Source: Clostridium sp.
GTDB lineage: Bacteria > Bacillota > Clostridia > Clostridiales > Clostridiaceae
Length of the DNA stretch: 64,000 nucleotides
NCBI RefSeq assembly: GCF_051654825.1
Contig: NZ_JBOFYU010000035.1
Span: forward strand, 2,081-66,080
Direction: 5' to 3'
The notes under the pieces are model-generated. The model was not told the origin of the DNA. It saw nothing but the letters and a program-made list of their open reading frames with translations, and made no database searches. The position numbers were made by a program, and so were the translations under genes. The stretch's first letter is position 1, and each line of letters opens with the position of its first letter. Positions 33,116-44,326 of this stretch are shown in pieces.

Positions 33116-33151
33116 AAAAAAGACCTCTATTTTAAAATAGAGGTCTTTTTT
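33116..33151 (-). terminator. Terminator after thiolase
   Basis: Palindrome AAAAAAGACCTCTATTTTAAAATAGAGGTCTTTTTT. Confidence 0.8.
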
Positions 33152-33271
33152 GCTGACACATACTCACATTATTTATATATATATCAATTCTATATATAGT
33201 ATTATTTTAACATATATTACAACAACCCACTATACTATATGAAAATAAACTATATATATTTATGATTAATA

Positions 33272-34450
33272 TTATCTTTCAACTATAAGAGCTGTTCCCA
33301 TTCCGCCACCTATACATAAAGTAGCTAATCCTGTTTTAGCATCTCTTCTTTTCATTTCATGTAATAATGTTACTAATATTCTTCCTCCTGAAGCTCCAAC
33401 CGGATGTCCAAGTGCTATAGCTCCACCATTTACATTTACTTTGCTCATATCAAAGTTTAAATCTTTAGCTACAGCTAAACTTTGAGCTGCAAAAGCTTCA
33501 TTAGCTTCTATTAAATCTAAGTTATCAATAGTTATGTTTGCAACTTCTAATGCCTTTTTAGTAGCATGGAATGGACCATATCCCATTATTGATGGTTCTA
33601 ATCCTTTTTGTCCATATGAAAGGATCTTTGCTAAAGGAGTTAATCCTAATTCTGCTGCTTTTTCAGCACTCATAACTACAAATGCAGCTGCTCCATCATT
33701 AATTCCTGATGCATTACCAGCAGTTACAGTTCCATCTTTTGCGAAAGCAGGTCTTAATTTAGCCATACCTTCCATTGTAGCACCAAATCTTGGATACTCA
33801 TCAGTATCAAATACTTTTGGTTCCCCTTTTCTTTGCGGAATAACTACAGGAACTATTTCATCTTTGAATTTTCCTTCTTTTATAGCCGCTTCAGCTTTTA
33901 CTTGTGATTGAACAGCAAATTCATCTTGCTCTTCTCTAGTTAAATTCCATTCTTTTGCTATATTTTCAGCAGTAACTCCCATGTGATAGTTATTGAATGC
34001 ATCCCATAAAGCATCATTTATCATTGAATCTACCATTTTTCCATCGCCCATTCTTTGACCCCATCTTGAAGTCTTTAATAGATATGGTGCTTGTGACATG
34101 TTTTCCATTCCACCTGCAACTACTACATCAGCATCACCAGCTTTAATCATTTGAGCTGCTAAAGCTACTGTTCTTAATCCTGATCCACAAACTTTATTTA
34201 TTGTCATTGCTGGAACTTCAACAGGTAATCCTGCTTTAACACAAGCTTGTCTAGCAACATTTTGACCAAGTCCTGCTTGGATAACATTTCCCATAACTAC
34301 TTCATCAACTAGTTCACCCTTAACACCAGCTCTAGTTATAGCTTCTTTAATTACAAGAGCACCTAAATCAGCTGCTGATACATCCTTTAATGATCCTCCA
34401 AACGCACCAATTGGTGTTCTTACTGCACTTACAATTACTACTTCTCTCAT
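33272..34450 (-). CDS. thlA: Acetyl-CoA acetyltransferase (thiolase)
   Basis: [35 protein letters not shown]; start MREVVIVS after GGAGGG. Confidence 0.97.
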   Translation of the reverse strand: MREVVIVSAVRTPIGAFGGSLKDVSAADLGALVIKEAITRAGVKGELVDEVVMGNVIQAGLGQNVARQACVKAGLPVEVPAMTINKVCGSGLRTVALAAQMIKAGDADVVVAGGMENMSQAPYLLKTSRWGQRMGDGKMVDSMINDALWDAFNNYHMGVTAENIAKEWNLTREEQDEFAVQSQVKAEAAIKEGKFKDEIVPVVIPQRKGEPKVFDTDEYPRFGATMEGMAKLRPAFAKDGTVTAGNASGINDGAAAFVVMSAEKAAELGLTPLAKILSYGQKGLEPSIMGYGPFHATKKALEVANITIDNLDLIEANEAFAAQSLAVAKDLNFDMSKVNVNGGAIALGHPVGASGGRILVTLLHEMKRRDAKTGLATLCIGGGMGTALIVER

Positions 34451-34491
34451 TCTCAAATACCCTCCTAATCTCATCGTTAGAATCGTCAGAT

Positions 34492-34509
34492 TTGTTAAAC
34501 AATTAACAT
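34492..34509. promoter_or_regulatory. Rex operator at the thlA promoter
   Basis: TTGTTAAACAATTAACAT vs TTGTTAANNNNTTAACAA; just downstream of TTGATT-16-TATAAT (34543-34516). Confidence 0.75.
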
Positions 34510-34568
34510 AATTCAATTATACCACTTTTATTCCCATAATCAATAAATAATTAAATTTATTTCCATTT

Positions 34569-35720
34569 TTATCTGTCAAATTCCATTATTTCTTCTTCTC
34601 TTATACCAAAATATTTTTCAATAGCATCTACTATTCTTTGAGATGCTAAACCATCTCCATAAGGGTTAACAGCCTTGCTCATTTCATTGTAAGCTTCTTC
34701 ATTCTTTAAAAGTGTGTTTGCTTCAGAAATAATTTTATTAACATCTGTTCCAACTAACTTTACTGTTCCATAAGCTACCGCTTCTGGTCTTTCAGTAACA
34801 TCTCTAAGAACTAATACTGGTTTTCCTAAATGTGGTGCTTCCTCTTGTAATCCACCTGAATCTGTCATAACCATAAATGACTTATTCATTAAATTATGTG
34901 TTTCTTTAGTATCTAATGGAGGTAATAAATGAACTCTTTCCTTTCCTCCTAGCTTCTCCTCAACTACATCTTTAACTACAGGATTTAAGTGAACTAAATA
35001 AACTAATTCAACATCTGAATTTTCTTCAACAATTTTATTTAAAGCAGCACAAATATTATCTATTCCTTCTCCCCAGTTTTCTCTTCTATGAGCAGTTATC
35101 ATTATTACTTTTTTATTTTCAAAATCTATATTATTTAACTTTTCATTTTCAAATACGTAATTTTCTTTTACCGTATGGAGCATTGCATCTATTACAGTGT
35201 TTCCTGTTATATATACATCACTTTCATTTATTCCTTCTCTTAATAAATTATTTTTTGATCCCTTCGTAGGTGCAAAATGTAAATCCGCTAACGCTCCAGT
35301 TAACTTTCTATTCATTTCCTCTGGGAATGGGAAATATTTATCAAATGTTCTTAACCCTGCTTCAACATGACCAACTCTTATTTGTTGATAGAATGCTGCT
35401 AATGCTCCTGAAAAAGTTGTTGTTGTATCTCCATGAACTAATATCATGTCTGGTTTTTCATTTATAAATACTTCTTCTAAACCTTCTAAAACTCTATTTG
35501 TTACACCAGTTAAAGTTTGTTTTGTTTTCATTATATTTAAGTCAAATTCAGGTTTTATTTCGAAAAATTCAAGAACTTGGTCTAACATCTCTCTATGTTG
35601 CGCTGTAACACATACCTTTGATTCAATTCCCTCTCTTTTTTCAAGTTCCTTTACTAATGGAGCCATTTTTATAGCTTCCGGTCTAGTTCCAAATATTGTT
35701 ATTACCTTTTTCTTTTTCAT
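34569..35720 (-). CDS. wecB: UDP-N-acetylglucosamine 2-epimerase (non-hydrolysing)
   Basis: FGTRPEAIKM, HGDTTT, HRREN, TDSGGLQEEAP. Confidence 0.96.
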   Translation of the reverse strand: MKKKKVITIFGTRPEAIKMAPLVKELEKREGIESKVCVTAQHREMLDQVLEFFEIKPEFDLNIMKTKQTLTGVTNRVLEGLEEVFINEKPDMILVHGDTTTTFSGALAAFYQQIRVGHVEAGLRTFDKYFPFPEEMNRKLTGALADLHFAPTKGSKNNLLREGINESDVYITGNTVIDAMLHTVKENYVFENEKLNNIDFENKKVIMITAHRRENWGEGIDNICAALNKIVEENSDVELVYLVHLNPVVKDVVEEKLGGKERVHLLPPLDTKETHNLMNKSFMVMTDSGGLQEEAPHLGKPVLVLRDVTERPEAVAYGTVKLVGTDVNKIISEANTLLKNEEAYNEMSKAVNPYGDGLASQRIVDAIEKYFGIREEEIMEFDR

Positions 35721-35737
35721 ATTTATTCCCTCCATGT

Positions 35738-36232
35738 TTAATATCCTAATTCTAATTTCATAGCCAAGCTATCATCTTCATCTATCCAATTCTCAACTAA
35801 TATAGATCTATTTATATCCTTACTATCTCTTATAACTACTTCTTTTATTCCAGCATTTATTATCATTCTTTTACACATAGAACAAGAATTAGCATTTAAT
35901 ACATATTCTTTTGTTTTAGAATCTTTACCAACTAAATATAATGTAGCTCCTATCATATCTCTTCTTGATGCACTTATTATTGCATTAGCTTCACTATGAA
36001 CACTTCTACATAATTCATAGTGAGTTCCCCTTGGTACATTTAATTTTTCTCTTATACATGTTTTTATATCAATACAGTTTTTTCTTCCCCTTGGTGCTCC
36101 TGTATATCCAGTTGATATTATTTCATCATTTTTTACAATTATTGATCCATAATTTCTTCTTAAACAAGTTCCTCTTTCTAAAACTGTTTCTGCAATATCT
36201 AGATAATAATTATGCTTATCTCTTCTTTCCAC
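35738..36232 (-). CDS. dCMP deaminase family protein
   Basis: HSEANAII and CSMC zinc motifs. Confidence 0.85.
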   Translation of the reverse strand: MERRDKHNYYLDIAETVLERGTCLRRNYGSIIVKNDEIISTGYTGAPRGRKNCIDIKTCIREKLNVPRGTHYELCRSVHSEANAIISASRRDMIGATLYLVGKDSKTKEYVLNANSCSMCKRMIINAGIKEVVIRDSKDINRSILVENWIDEDDSLAMKLELGY

Positions 36233-36322
36233 TTTAACACCCCAACATTATTAAAATATATTTACATTTCTATTTATTAAAACTTTAAATAATAAAAAAA
36301 GTGGCAAATGCCACTTTATTTA

Positions 36323-36952
36323 TTACTTTGTTCCAAATAGTCTGTCTCCAGCATCTCCTAAACCTGGCACAATATATCCGTGTTCATTTAATTTTTCATC
36401 TATTCCTGCTACATATATGTCAACATCAGGATGTGCTTTTTGCACTAATTCAATTCCTTCTGGTGATGAAATTAAACACATAAGTTTTAAATTTTTAGCT
36501 CCTCTTTTCTTAAGCATAGTTATAGCATCTGCAGCTGATCCTCCAGTTGCTAGCATTGGATCTACTACTATTATATCTCTCTCAGCTATGTCTTGAGGCA
36601 TTTTACAGAAATATTCTACTGGTTGTAAAGTTTCTTCATCTCTATATAACCCTATATGACCTACCTTAGCTGCTGGTATTAACTTAAGCATACCATCAAC
36701 CATTCCTAAACCTGCTCTTAATATAGGAACTATAGCCATTTTCTTTCCTGCTAACATCTTGCACTTTGTTTTGCATATAGGTGTTTCTATTTCAACTTCT
36801 TCTGTGCTTAAATCTCTAGTTACTTCATAAGCCATAAGCATTGATACTTCTTCAACTAATTCTCTAAAATCCTTTGACCCTGTATCCTTACTTCTTATAA
36901 ATGCTAGTTTATGTAATATTAACGGGTGATTGATTTGTGTAACTTTACTCAT
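36323..36952 (-). CDS. upp: Uracil phosphoribosyltransferase
   Basis: [27 protein letters not shown]. Confidence 0.98.
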   Translation of the reverse strand: MSKVTQINHPLILHKLAFIRSKDTGSKDFRELVEEVSMLMAYEVTRDLSTEEVEIETPICKTKCKMLAGKKMAIVPILRAGLGMVDGMLKLIPAAKVGHIGLYRDEETLQPVEYFCKMPQDIAERDIIVVDPMLATGGSAADAITMLKKRGAKNLKLMCLISSPEGIELVQKAHPDVDIYVAGIDEKLNEHGYIVPGLGDAGDRLFGTK

Positions 36953-36975
36953 TATTATATTCCTCCTAAAAGATA

Positions 36976-37425
36976 TTATTTGCTATATTTATTTTCAATT
37001 GCTGTTATCTTATCTAATCTTGCTTGATGTCTATCACCTTCAAAATTAGAATTTAAAAATGTTTTAACTATATCTAATGCTAATCCAGCTCCAACAACTC
37101 TTTGACCTAAAGCTAAAATGTTTGCATTATTATGCTCTCTTGTTGCATGTGCACTAAATGTATCTGAGCATAAAGCTGCTCTTACACCTGGAACTTTATT
37201 TGCTGCAATACTTATTCCTATTCCAGTTCCACAAACTAGTATCCCAAATTCAAATTCCTTTGATGCTACTGATTCTGCTACAGGTAACGCATAATCTGGA
37301 TAGTCACAAGAATCCTTACTATATGTACCAAAATCTTTTACTTCATATCCTTCATTTTCTAGGTATGATTTAATTTCATTTTTTAAATCAATTCCCCCAT
37401 GATCTGAACCTAAAGCTATTTTCAT
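36976..37425 (-). CDS. rpiB: Ribose-5-phosphate isomerase B
   Basis: GSDHGG, DYPD, CGTGIG, HNNANIL. Confidence 0.96.
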   Translation of the reverse strand: MKIALGSDHGGIDLKNEIKSYLENEGYEVKDFGTYSKDSCDYPDYALPVAESVASKEFEFGILVCGTGIGISIAANKVPGVRAALCSDTFSAHATREHNNANILALGQRVVGAGLALDIVKTFLNSNFEGDRHQARLDKITAIENKYSK

Positions 37426-37496
37426 AATCTTCTTTCCTCCTACCTAGTTAATTTTTATAAAAAAAGAGAAAGAGTTACCCCCTTCCTCCCATTATG

Positions 37497-38546
37497 CTAA
37501 ACTTCTATTATATCAAATCCAGCTGCCTTATTAAGTCTATTCATTATAGCAATACCTACTCCATTTTGCTCAAAACCTTGACATAATATTATATCAACAT
37601 TTAAATCATCACATTTTCTTAATGATTCGAAAAGGTTTTGTGCAACTTCGTTTAGATTATCTTTACTCCCTAAAGATATAATCTTATTGCATTTAAAATT
37701 ATTGCTATTTTCATCTGTAGATAAAATAGCAACATCTTTGCCACATTCTATATAATTGTGTACCATTTCATTAATTTTTTCAATAGTTTTTTCATTATTT
37801 CCATTTATTATTTTTAAAGTTGCTTTTGGTGCATAATGCCTATATTTCATTCCAGGCGCTTTCGGCTTTAACTTTTCACTAGGTTTTTCCATTATAGCCT
37901 TATCTATACTTATGCCTTGATGAATCTCTCTAAGCATCTCTAATGTTATTCCGCCAGGTCTTAATACTAATGGAGGATTAACAGTACAATCAACTATTGT
38001 TGATTCTACTCCAATATCACTTTTTTCTCCACCTATAATATAATCAACTTTTCCTGATAAATCCTCAACACATCTTTCTAATTCAGTGGGACTTGGTCTT
38101 CCTGATATATTTGCTGATGGTGCCGCTATAGGACAACCCGAACTTTCGATAAGCCTTAATGCTATTTCGTTATTAGGCATTCTTATTCCTATTGTATCTA
38201 ATCCAGCACTAGTTGTATCTGGAATTATATCCTTTTTCTTTAATATTACTGTTAATGGCCCTGGCCAAAATTTGTTCATTAATTCTTTTGCAACATCTGA
38301 TACATCATATACAAAATCATCAATTTCCATTGATGATACATGTATAATTAAAGGATTATCTTGTGGTCTTCCCTTTGCCTTAAATATTTTAGATACAGCC
38401 TCATCATTTAAAGCATTAGCTCCTAGTCCATATACAGTTTCTGTTGGAAATGCTACTATTCCTCCACTTTTTATTATCTCACCTGCATTTTTTATATGTA
38501 CAATATCTTTTTCTAAATCATTAATAACAGCTACCTTTGTTTCCAA
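37497..38546 (-). CDS. sua5: Threonylcarbamoyl-AMP synthase (Sua5/TsaC2)
   Basis: FPTETVYGLGA, KGRPQDNPLI, APSANISGRPSPT, APGMKYRHYAP; likely TTG start. Confidence 0.95.
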   Translation of the reverse strand: METKVAVINDLEKDIVHIKNAGEIIKSGGIVAFPTETVYGLGANALNDEAVSKIFKAKGRPQDNPLIIHVSSMEIDDFVYDVSDVAKELMNKFWPGPLTVILKKKDIIPDTTSAGLDTIGIRMPNNEIALRLIESSGCPIAAPSANISGRPSPTELERCVEDLSGKVDYIIGGEKSDIGVESTIVDCTVNPPLVLRPGGITLEMLREIHQGISIDKAIMEKPSEKLKPKAPGMKYRHYAPKATLKIINGNNEKTIEKINEMVHNYIECGKDVAILSTDENSNNFKCNKIISLGSKDNLNEVAQNLFESLRKCDDLNVDIILCQGFEQNGVGIAIMNRLNKAAGFDIIEV

Positions 38547-38565
38547 AAGTCCTACCTTCCTTCTT

Positions 38566-39168
38566 CTAGATTTCCTCATATCCTCTAGCTAACTTTATAC
38601 TTTCTATAGCACTTGAGGTATATGTTGCCTTAACACAGTTTTTATAAATTAGATCTAATAGCTCGTATTTTTTCAAATCTCCATATCCAATAATTCTAAA
38701 ATAGTACTGTCCTTCAGGGTTTACCCTCTTTAGTCTATAATAGTCCTCTGAAAGTTCATTATATCTACTTAAAAATCCCTTAGTTACAGGTTTTAAATTT
38801 CTACTTTTCTTTTTGCTTTCAGTAATAACTACTATCTGCACTTTTTGTTTTTTTCCTTCTGTATGTACTAATGCTACTCTTTCACAAAGGACAAAAATAT
38901 TTTTTGAAAACAATCCACTTTTAACTGATAACTTACTATCAATAATTTTATAATTAAGTTTATATTCATTCGCTTTCTTTATACAAGCCATTACTATTAA
39001 TAATTCAATAAAACCTAAATAACTCCATAAAAATATTGATTTAACGTTTGCTAATAGAGTAATTAAAGGAAGAATTATAAATAGTCCTAACATAATAAAG
39101 AAAAATCTCCTTTTCTGACTTTTTTCCTTTTTTAATGCCTTATCTATTTTCACTTCCCTTTCCCCCAA
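38566..39168 (-). CDS. Hypothetical membrane protein (2 TM segments plus a basic soluble domain)
   Basis: 200-aa ORF within the prfA-sua5 run. Confidence 0.7.
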   Translation of the reverse strand: MGEREVKIDKALKKEKSQKRRFFFIMLGLFIILPLITLLANVKSIFLWSYLGFIELLIVMACIKKANEYKLNYKIIDSKLSVKSGLFSKNIFVLCERVALVHTEGKKQKVQIVVITESKKKSRNLKPVTKGFLSRYNELSEDYYRLKRVNPEGQYYFRIIGYGDLKKYELLDLIYKNCVKATYTSSAIESIKLARGYEEI

Positions 39169-39216
39169 TTGCTTTCAAAGCCTTACATTAAATTAAAATG
39201 TAAGGCTTTAAGCATA

Positions 39217-40302
39217 TTAAATAGCGTCTGTATTTCCCATTTTCTTCATTTTTTCTGCTTGATCTGCTGTAATTAATGCATTAATTACTTCATCAATATC
39301 ACCATTTAAATAAGTTTCTAATTTATATAAAGTTAATCCAATTCTATGGTCAGTAACTCTTCCTTGTGGGTAGTTGTATGTTCTTATTCTTTCACTTCTA
39401 TCCCCTGAACCAACTTGGCTTTTTCTGTCTTCTGCTATTCCAGCCATTCTTTCTGCTTCTGCTGCTTCATATAGTCTTGATCTTAATACTTTCATAGCTT
39501 TTTCTTTATTCTTAAGCTGTGATTTTTCATCTTGACATGCAACTACCACACCACTAGGTATGTGAGTAATTCTTACAGCTGAATCTGTTGTATTAACACA
39601 CTGTCCACCGTTACCTGATGATCTATAAACATCTATTCTTAAATCTTTTTCATGTATGTCTATTTCAACGTCATCAACTTCTGGTAAAACTGCAACTGTT
39701 GCTGTTGATGTATGTATTCTTCCACTTGACTCTGTATCTGGAACTCTTTGTACTCTATGAACCCCACTTTCATATTTAAGCTTTGAGTAAGCACCATTTC
39801 CTTTAATCATAAATACTACTTCTTTAAAGCCACCAATATCAGTTTCGTTTGAACTCATTAATTCAACACTCCACCTTTGGTTTTCAGCATATCTTGTGTA
39901 CATTCTGAAAAGATTAGCTGCAAATAATGCTGCTTCATCTCCACCAGCTCCACCTCTAATTTCAACAAATACGTTTTTATCATCATTAGGGTCTTTTGGT
40001 AATAATAATATTTGAATTTCTTTTTCTAATTCTTCTTCTCTAGTTGAAAGCATTGATATTTCCTCTGAAAGCATTTCTCTCATTTCTCTATCACTTTCTT
40101 CTACTAACATTTCTTTGTTAGCTTGTAAGTCTTCAACTACACTCTTAAACTCTTTGTATGCTGTTACTATAATTTCTAAGTCAGCATGTTCCTTACATAA
40201 TTTTCTCCATTCAACTTGGTTTGCCATTATTGATGGATCTGATATTTTTACTGATAATTCATCATATTTATTTTCTATAAAAGCTAATTTATCTAATAAC
40301 AT
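39217..40302 (-). CDS. prfA: Peptide chain release factor 1
   Basis: PDT (PxT) and GGQ motifs. Confidence 0.97.
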   Translation of the reverse strand: MLLDKLAFIENKYDELSVKISDPSIMANQVEWRKLCKEHADLEIIVTAYKEFKSVVEDLQANKEMLVEESDREMREMLSEEISMLSTREEELEKEIQILLLPKDPNDDKNVFVEIRGGAGGDEAALFAANLFRMYTRYAENQRWSVELMSSNETDIGGFKEVVFMIKGNGAYSKLKYESGVHRVQRVPDTESSGRIHTSTATVAVLPEVDDVEIDIHEKDLRIDVYRSSGNGGQCVNTTDSAVRITHIPSGVVVACQDEKSQLKNKEKAMKVLRSRLYEAAEAERMAGIAEDRKSQVGSGDRSERIRTYNYPQGRVTDHRIGLTLYKLETYLNGDIDEVINALITADQAEKMKKMGNTDAI

Positions 40303-40365
40303 AAGTATCACTCCGTACTATAATTTTTCATATTTTTTTATTATATCATAACTGGTAGAAATTTA

Positions 40366-41226
40366 TCAACTTTTTAACTTTCCAATTACTACCCTATCTA
40401 ATGATGCTAAATCTTGTATTATTTTAATATCTTCAAAACCTGAAGCTTCCATTAACACCTTTAATTCTTCTCCTTGGTCGTGACCTATTTCAAAAGCTAA
40501 AATTCCATCTTTAACTAAAACATCCTTACTTTGATGAACTATTTTTCTATAGAAATAAAGTCCATCACTTCCACCTGATAAAGCTGTATAAGGCTCATAG
40601 TCCTTAACATCACTCATTAATGTTTCTATTACTTCATCTTTAATATATGGTGGATTTGAAACTATTACATCATAAATCTTTTGTTCTTCCATAGATTTAC
40701 TTAGTAAATCACTCCTTGTAAAAGTAACTCTGCTATTTAAATTATATCTATTTATATTTTTTTTAGTCACTTTTTCAGGAATATCATAATAATCAATTGA
40801 TTCTACTGTTATATTCTTTCTGTAATAAGCAAGTGCTACACCTATAGCACCACTTCCAGAACATAAATCACATATCCTTAATGTTGAATCTTCTGGAACT
40901 TCCCTTAAAACTTCTTCAACAAGAATCTCAGTATCTCCTCTTGGAATTAAAACACCTTCTTCAACCCATAAATCTAATCCCATAAATTCAGTTTCTCCTA
41001 AGATATATTTTATGGGCATTCTTTCTTCTCTTTTGCTTATTAAGCTTTTATATTCTTCCACAATATTTTCTTCTACTTCTTTATCTCTATTAATAATTAA
41101 ATATAATCTATCTTTATTTAATACCTTACCTAGTAATAATTGTGAATCTAAAATATATGTTTCGATATTTTGATTTTTTAATTTTTCTATTCCGAAATCT
41201 AATAATTCACCAATTGTATTTTTCAT
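40366..41226 (-). CDS. prmC: Release factor glutamine methyltransferase
   Basis: LIPR.DTE, DLCSGSG, SNPPY. Confidence 0.95.
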   Translation of the reverse strand: MKNTIGELLDFGIEKLKNQNIETYILDSQLLLGKVLNKDRLYLIINRDKEVEENIVEEYKSLISKREERMPIKYILGETEFMGLDLWVEEGVLIPRGDTEILVEEVLREVPEDSTLRICDLCSGSGAIGVALAYYRKNITVESIDYYDIPEKVTKKNINRYNLNSRVTFTRSDLLSKSMEEQKIYDVIVSNPPYIKDEVIETLMSDVKDYEPYTALSGGSDGLYFYRKIVHQSKDVLVKDGILAFEIGHDQGEELKVLMEASGFEDIKIIQDLASLDRVVIGKLKS

Positions 41227-42129
41227 TTACTTTAACCCTTCCGCATTTTTTAACGCTTCAATTGCAACTTCAATTTGGTCATCATCAGGCTCTCTTGTTG
41301 TTAACTCCTGAAGTTTTAAACCTGGATAAGATATAATCTTACCTAAAGTACTATCTGTTTTTCCAAGCCATTTTATTATTTCATATGTTATTCCTGAAAT
41401 TAATGGAATTAGGACTACTCTTAATCCTAATCTTTGCACAAAACTTCCCCAGCCTGTTAAACTAAAAACTATTATACTTACAAACATAATTAAAAATAGA
41501 AAATTAGTTCCGCATCTTGGATGAAATCTGCTAAACTTTTTAACATTTTCTACTGTTAATTCTTCACCAGCTTCATAACAAAATATAGACTTATGTTCTG
41601 CCCCATGGTATTGGAACACTCTAAATATTTCATCCATTTTACTTATTGCAAATATATATATAACAAGTATGGTTATTCTTATTAAAGCTTCTATTAAATT
41701 AAGCAATATAGGAGATAGTCCTAAATTTTTAAATAAAGATGCTATTGCTGTAGGTATAGCTAAAAATAAACCCATAGCCATAAATAATGAAAATATCATT
41801 GTGAATCCTACAATAATATCATTACTCTTTTCACCAAACTTATTTTTAAGCCATTTTTCAAATTTTGAATCTTCTTCCTCTTCAAAAAATGATGCAGAAT
41901 AATTTAACGTATTTATCCCTGTTATTAATGAATCAATTAATACAAATATTCCTCTTATAAATGGTATATTTATAACCTTAAATCTTTTAGTAATAGGTAT
42001 TATATTTTCATGCTTTGTTTCTATCTTGCCTTTTGGAGTTCTCACTGATGTAGCTTGACCTTTAGTCCCCCTCATCATTACTCCTTCAATTACGGCTTGC
42101 CCTCCAACCTCACACTTTTTCATATACAT
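41227..42129 (-). CDS. DUF1385 family membrane protein
   Basis: VGGQAVIEGVMMRG, YHGAEHK, HPRCGT.F, LTTREPDD.Q.EVAI. Confidence 0.85.
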   Translation of the reverse strand: MYMKKCEVGGQAVIEGVMMRGTKGQATSVRTPKGKIETKHENIIPITKRFKVINIPFIRGIFVLIDSLITGINTLNYSASFFEEEEDSKFEKWLKNKFGEKSNDIIVGFTMIFSLFMAMGLFLAIPTAIASLFKNLGLSPILLNLIEALIRITILVIYIFAISKMDEIFRVFQYHGAEHKSIFCYEAGEELTVENVKKFSRFHPRCGTNFLFLIMFVSIIVFSLTGWGSFVQRLGLRVVLIPLISGITYEIIKWLGKTDSTLGKIISYPGLKLQELTTREPDDDQIEVAIEALKNAEGLK

Positions 42130-42147
42130 CCCACTCTCACATATTAT

Positions 42148-42738
42148 TTATTTAGTATTTTCCTTATATTTAAAATAACAATGTCCGCATAATGATTCAT
42201 ATTCAACGTTATCTATATTATCAATTGCTATTTGTTGACCTTCAAAAACAAAGTTCCCATTTATTTTTCTCCCATTAAATACAGCTTTTCTTCCACATTT
42301 GCATATAGTCTTCATTTCTTCAATACTATGTGCAAGTAATAGTAATCTAGAGCTTCCTTCAAATCCTTCTAATTTAAAGTCTGTTCTTAGCCCATAGCAA
42401 ATTACTGGTATATCTAGAACCACTGCTACCTTAAATAATTCATCAATTTGATTTTTTCTTAAAAATTGAACCTCATCTACTAAGATACAATCAATATTTC
42501 CATTTTCTCTTGAGTACTCTTGAACTCTTTCAAATATATCATCATTTTCATATATTACTAAGTCTACTTTTCTTTCTACACCTAATCTAGAAACTAGCTT
42601 TTCGCCACCTTTTTTATCTGTAGAAGGCTTTATTAGAACTACATTCATTCCTCTTTCTTCATAATTATGTGCCACTTGCATTAAATGGGTTGATTTCCCT
42701 GAATTCATAGCTCCATATCTAAAGTACAATTTGCTCAT
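42148..42738 (-). CDS. tdk: Thymidine kinase
   Basis: GAMNSGKST, VDEVQF, GLRTDF, C.C and C..C zinc motifs. Confidence 0.95.
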   Translation of the reverse strand: MSKLYFRYGAMNSGKSTHLMQVAHNYEERGMNVVLIKPSTDKKGGEKLVSRLGVERKVDLVIYENDDIFERVQEYSRENGNIDCILVDEVQFLRKNQIDELFKVAVVLDIPVICYGLRTDFKLEGFEGSSRLLLLAHSIEEMKTICKCGRKAVFNGRKINGNFVFEGQQIAIDNIDNVEYESLCGHCYFKYKENTK

Positions 42739-42824
42739 TATTTCGCGCTCCTTCTCATGTTATATATAACGATTATAGCATTATAGCTATTCATTAAAAA
42801 GTTTTTTTTATTATGTCGCTCACC

Positions 42825-42853
42825 TTGACTGCTTTTACTTCATATGCTATACT
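42825..42853 (+). promoter_or_regulatory. SigA promoter of rpmE
   Basis: TTGACT-17 nt-TATACT. Confidence 0.75.
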
Positions 42854-42890
42854 CAAGAAGTTATTTTAGTAATCGAAAGAGGTGAAAAAT

Positions 42891-43097
42891 ATGAGAGAAG
42901 GCATACATCCAAATTACAACCACGAAGCTGTAGTAAAGTGTGCATGTGGAAATACTTTTACAACTGGTTCAGTTAAAGATGAACTTAAAGTAGAAATATG
43001 CTCTAAATGCCACCCATTCTTCACTGGTAAGCAAAAAATTATCGATGTTGGTGGAAGAGTTGACAAGTTCAACAAGAGATTCAACCTTAACAAATAG
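42891..43097 (+). CDS. rpmE: 50S ribosomal protein L31, zinc-binding type
   Basis: [26 protein letters not shown]. Confidence 0.97.
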   Translation: MREGIHPNYNHEAVVKCACGNTFTTGSVKDELKVEICSKCHPFFTGKQKIIDVGGRVDKFNKRFNLNK

Positions 43098-43212
43098 AAA
43101 TTCTGGGAAAGATTATATCTTTCCCATTTTTCTTGCCTAAAATTATTAAATATCTTTTTGAAAACTTAAAATAATATATTTAATACTATAAAAAAGAGAG
43201 TGTTATTTTAAA

Positions 43213-44304
43213 ATGAAAAAAATTCTTATTTTGACCGCCTCAACAGGTGAAGGTCACAATCAAGCAGCATTAGCTATTGCTAATTCCTTTGAAAATAATA
43301 ATTATGAAGTTTTAGTTCATGATTTTTTACAAAACAATAGTAATGTCTTAGGAAAGATTTTTACTTCTGGTTATTCTCTATCTGCTTCTGTATTTCCCAA
43401 TCTTTATGGTTTTTTATATAACATTACCGATAATAATCTTACTAATAAATTTTTATATTTTCTTTTTTTATTAACTAAAAAAAGACTTTCTAAAATTATA
43501 TATGAATTTAATCCTGATGTAATTTTAACTACTCATCCTATTTCAGTAAGTATTATAGCTAATCTATCTACAATCCCTAAAATAGTAATTGTAACAGATT
43601 TTAAAGCTCATTTTACATATATCAACGAAAATATAGATGTTTATATAACAGCTAGTGAATATACAAAAAATGATTTAGCTATTAAAGGTATTTCAAAATC
43701 AAAAATATTTCCTCTAGGAATACCAGTAAAAAATGAATTTAGTTCCTTTAACCCATTAGTGTATTCAACAAAGGATGGCGAATACTTTAACATTTTACTT
43801 ATGGGTGGAAGTATGGGACTTAAAAACATTTCTTATGTTCTTAAAGAACTCCTTAACAATACCCATAAACTAAGAATAACAGTTGTTTGTGGCAATAATG
43901 AAAATTTAAAAGATGACTTACTAAAAAGATATGGTACATCTATAAAGGATAAAAAGCTACATATCCTAGGATTTTCTAAAGATGTTGATTCCCTTATGGA
44001 CTATTCTGATTTAATAATAAGTAAACCTGGAGGTTTGACTGTTTCAGAATCCATAAATAAAAAGTTACCCTTACTTATTCCATTTGCAATTCCAGGACAA
44101 GAAACTCAAAATACTGATTTTCTAACCTCTCATGGATATGCACTTTATGTTGATAATTTATTAGAGTTAAATTTAGTAATTGATAATCTAATCACTTGCC
44201 CTAATGAATTAAATGAAATCCGTAATAAATATTCCAACTTATCAAGTACTTATTCTAAAGATGGTATAGTATCAATAGCAAATTTCCTTATAAAAAATAA
44301 TTAG
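43213..44304 (+). CDS. Diacylglycerol glycosyltransferase (MGDG synthase/UgtP-like, GT28)
   Basis: GEGHNQAA, THP, VTDF, GGSMG, SKPGGLTVSE, IPGQE. Confidence 0.85.
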   Translation: MKKILILTASTGEGHNQAALAIANSFENNNYEVLVHDFLQNNSNVLGKIFTSGYSLSASVFPNLYGFLYNITDNNLTNKFLYFLFLLTKKRLSKIIYEFNPDVILTTHPISVSIIANLSTIPKIVIVTDFKAHFTYINENIDVYITASEYTKNDLAIKGISKSKIFPLGIPVKNEFSSFNPLVYSTKDGEYFNILLMGGSMGLKNISYVLKELLNNTHKLRITVVCGNNENLKDDLLKRYGTSIKDKKLHILGFSKDVDSLMDYSDLIISKPGGLTVSESINKKLPLLIPFAIPGQETQNTDFLTSHGYALYVDNLLELNLVIDNLITCPNELNEIRNKYSNLSSTYSKDGIVSIANFLIKNN

Positions 44305-44326
44305 ATGTGGGAAATCCCACATCTAA
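44303..44326. terminator. Bidirectional terminator between the glycosyltransferase and rho
   Basis: TAGATGTGGG/CCCACATCTA. Confidence 0.75.

Noticed and set aside
37476-37493. Mini-ORF M-G-G-R-G-stop after sua5
   Set aside because: No SD of its own and explained as a terminator arm
38086-38592. 168-aa plus-strand ORF
   Set aside because: Shadow ORF antisense to sua5, typical of the mirror frame
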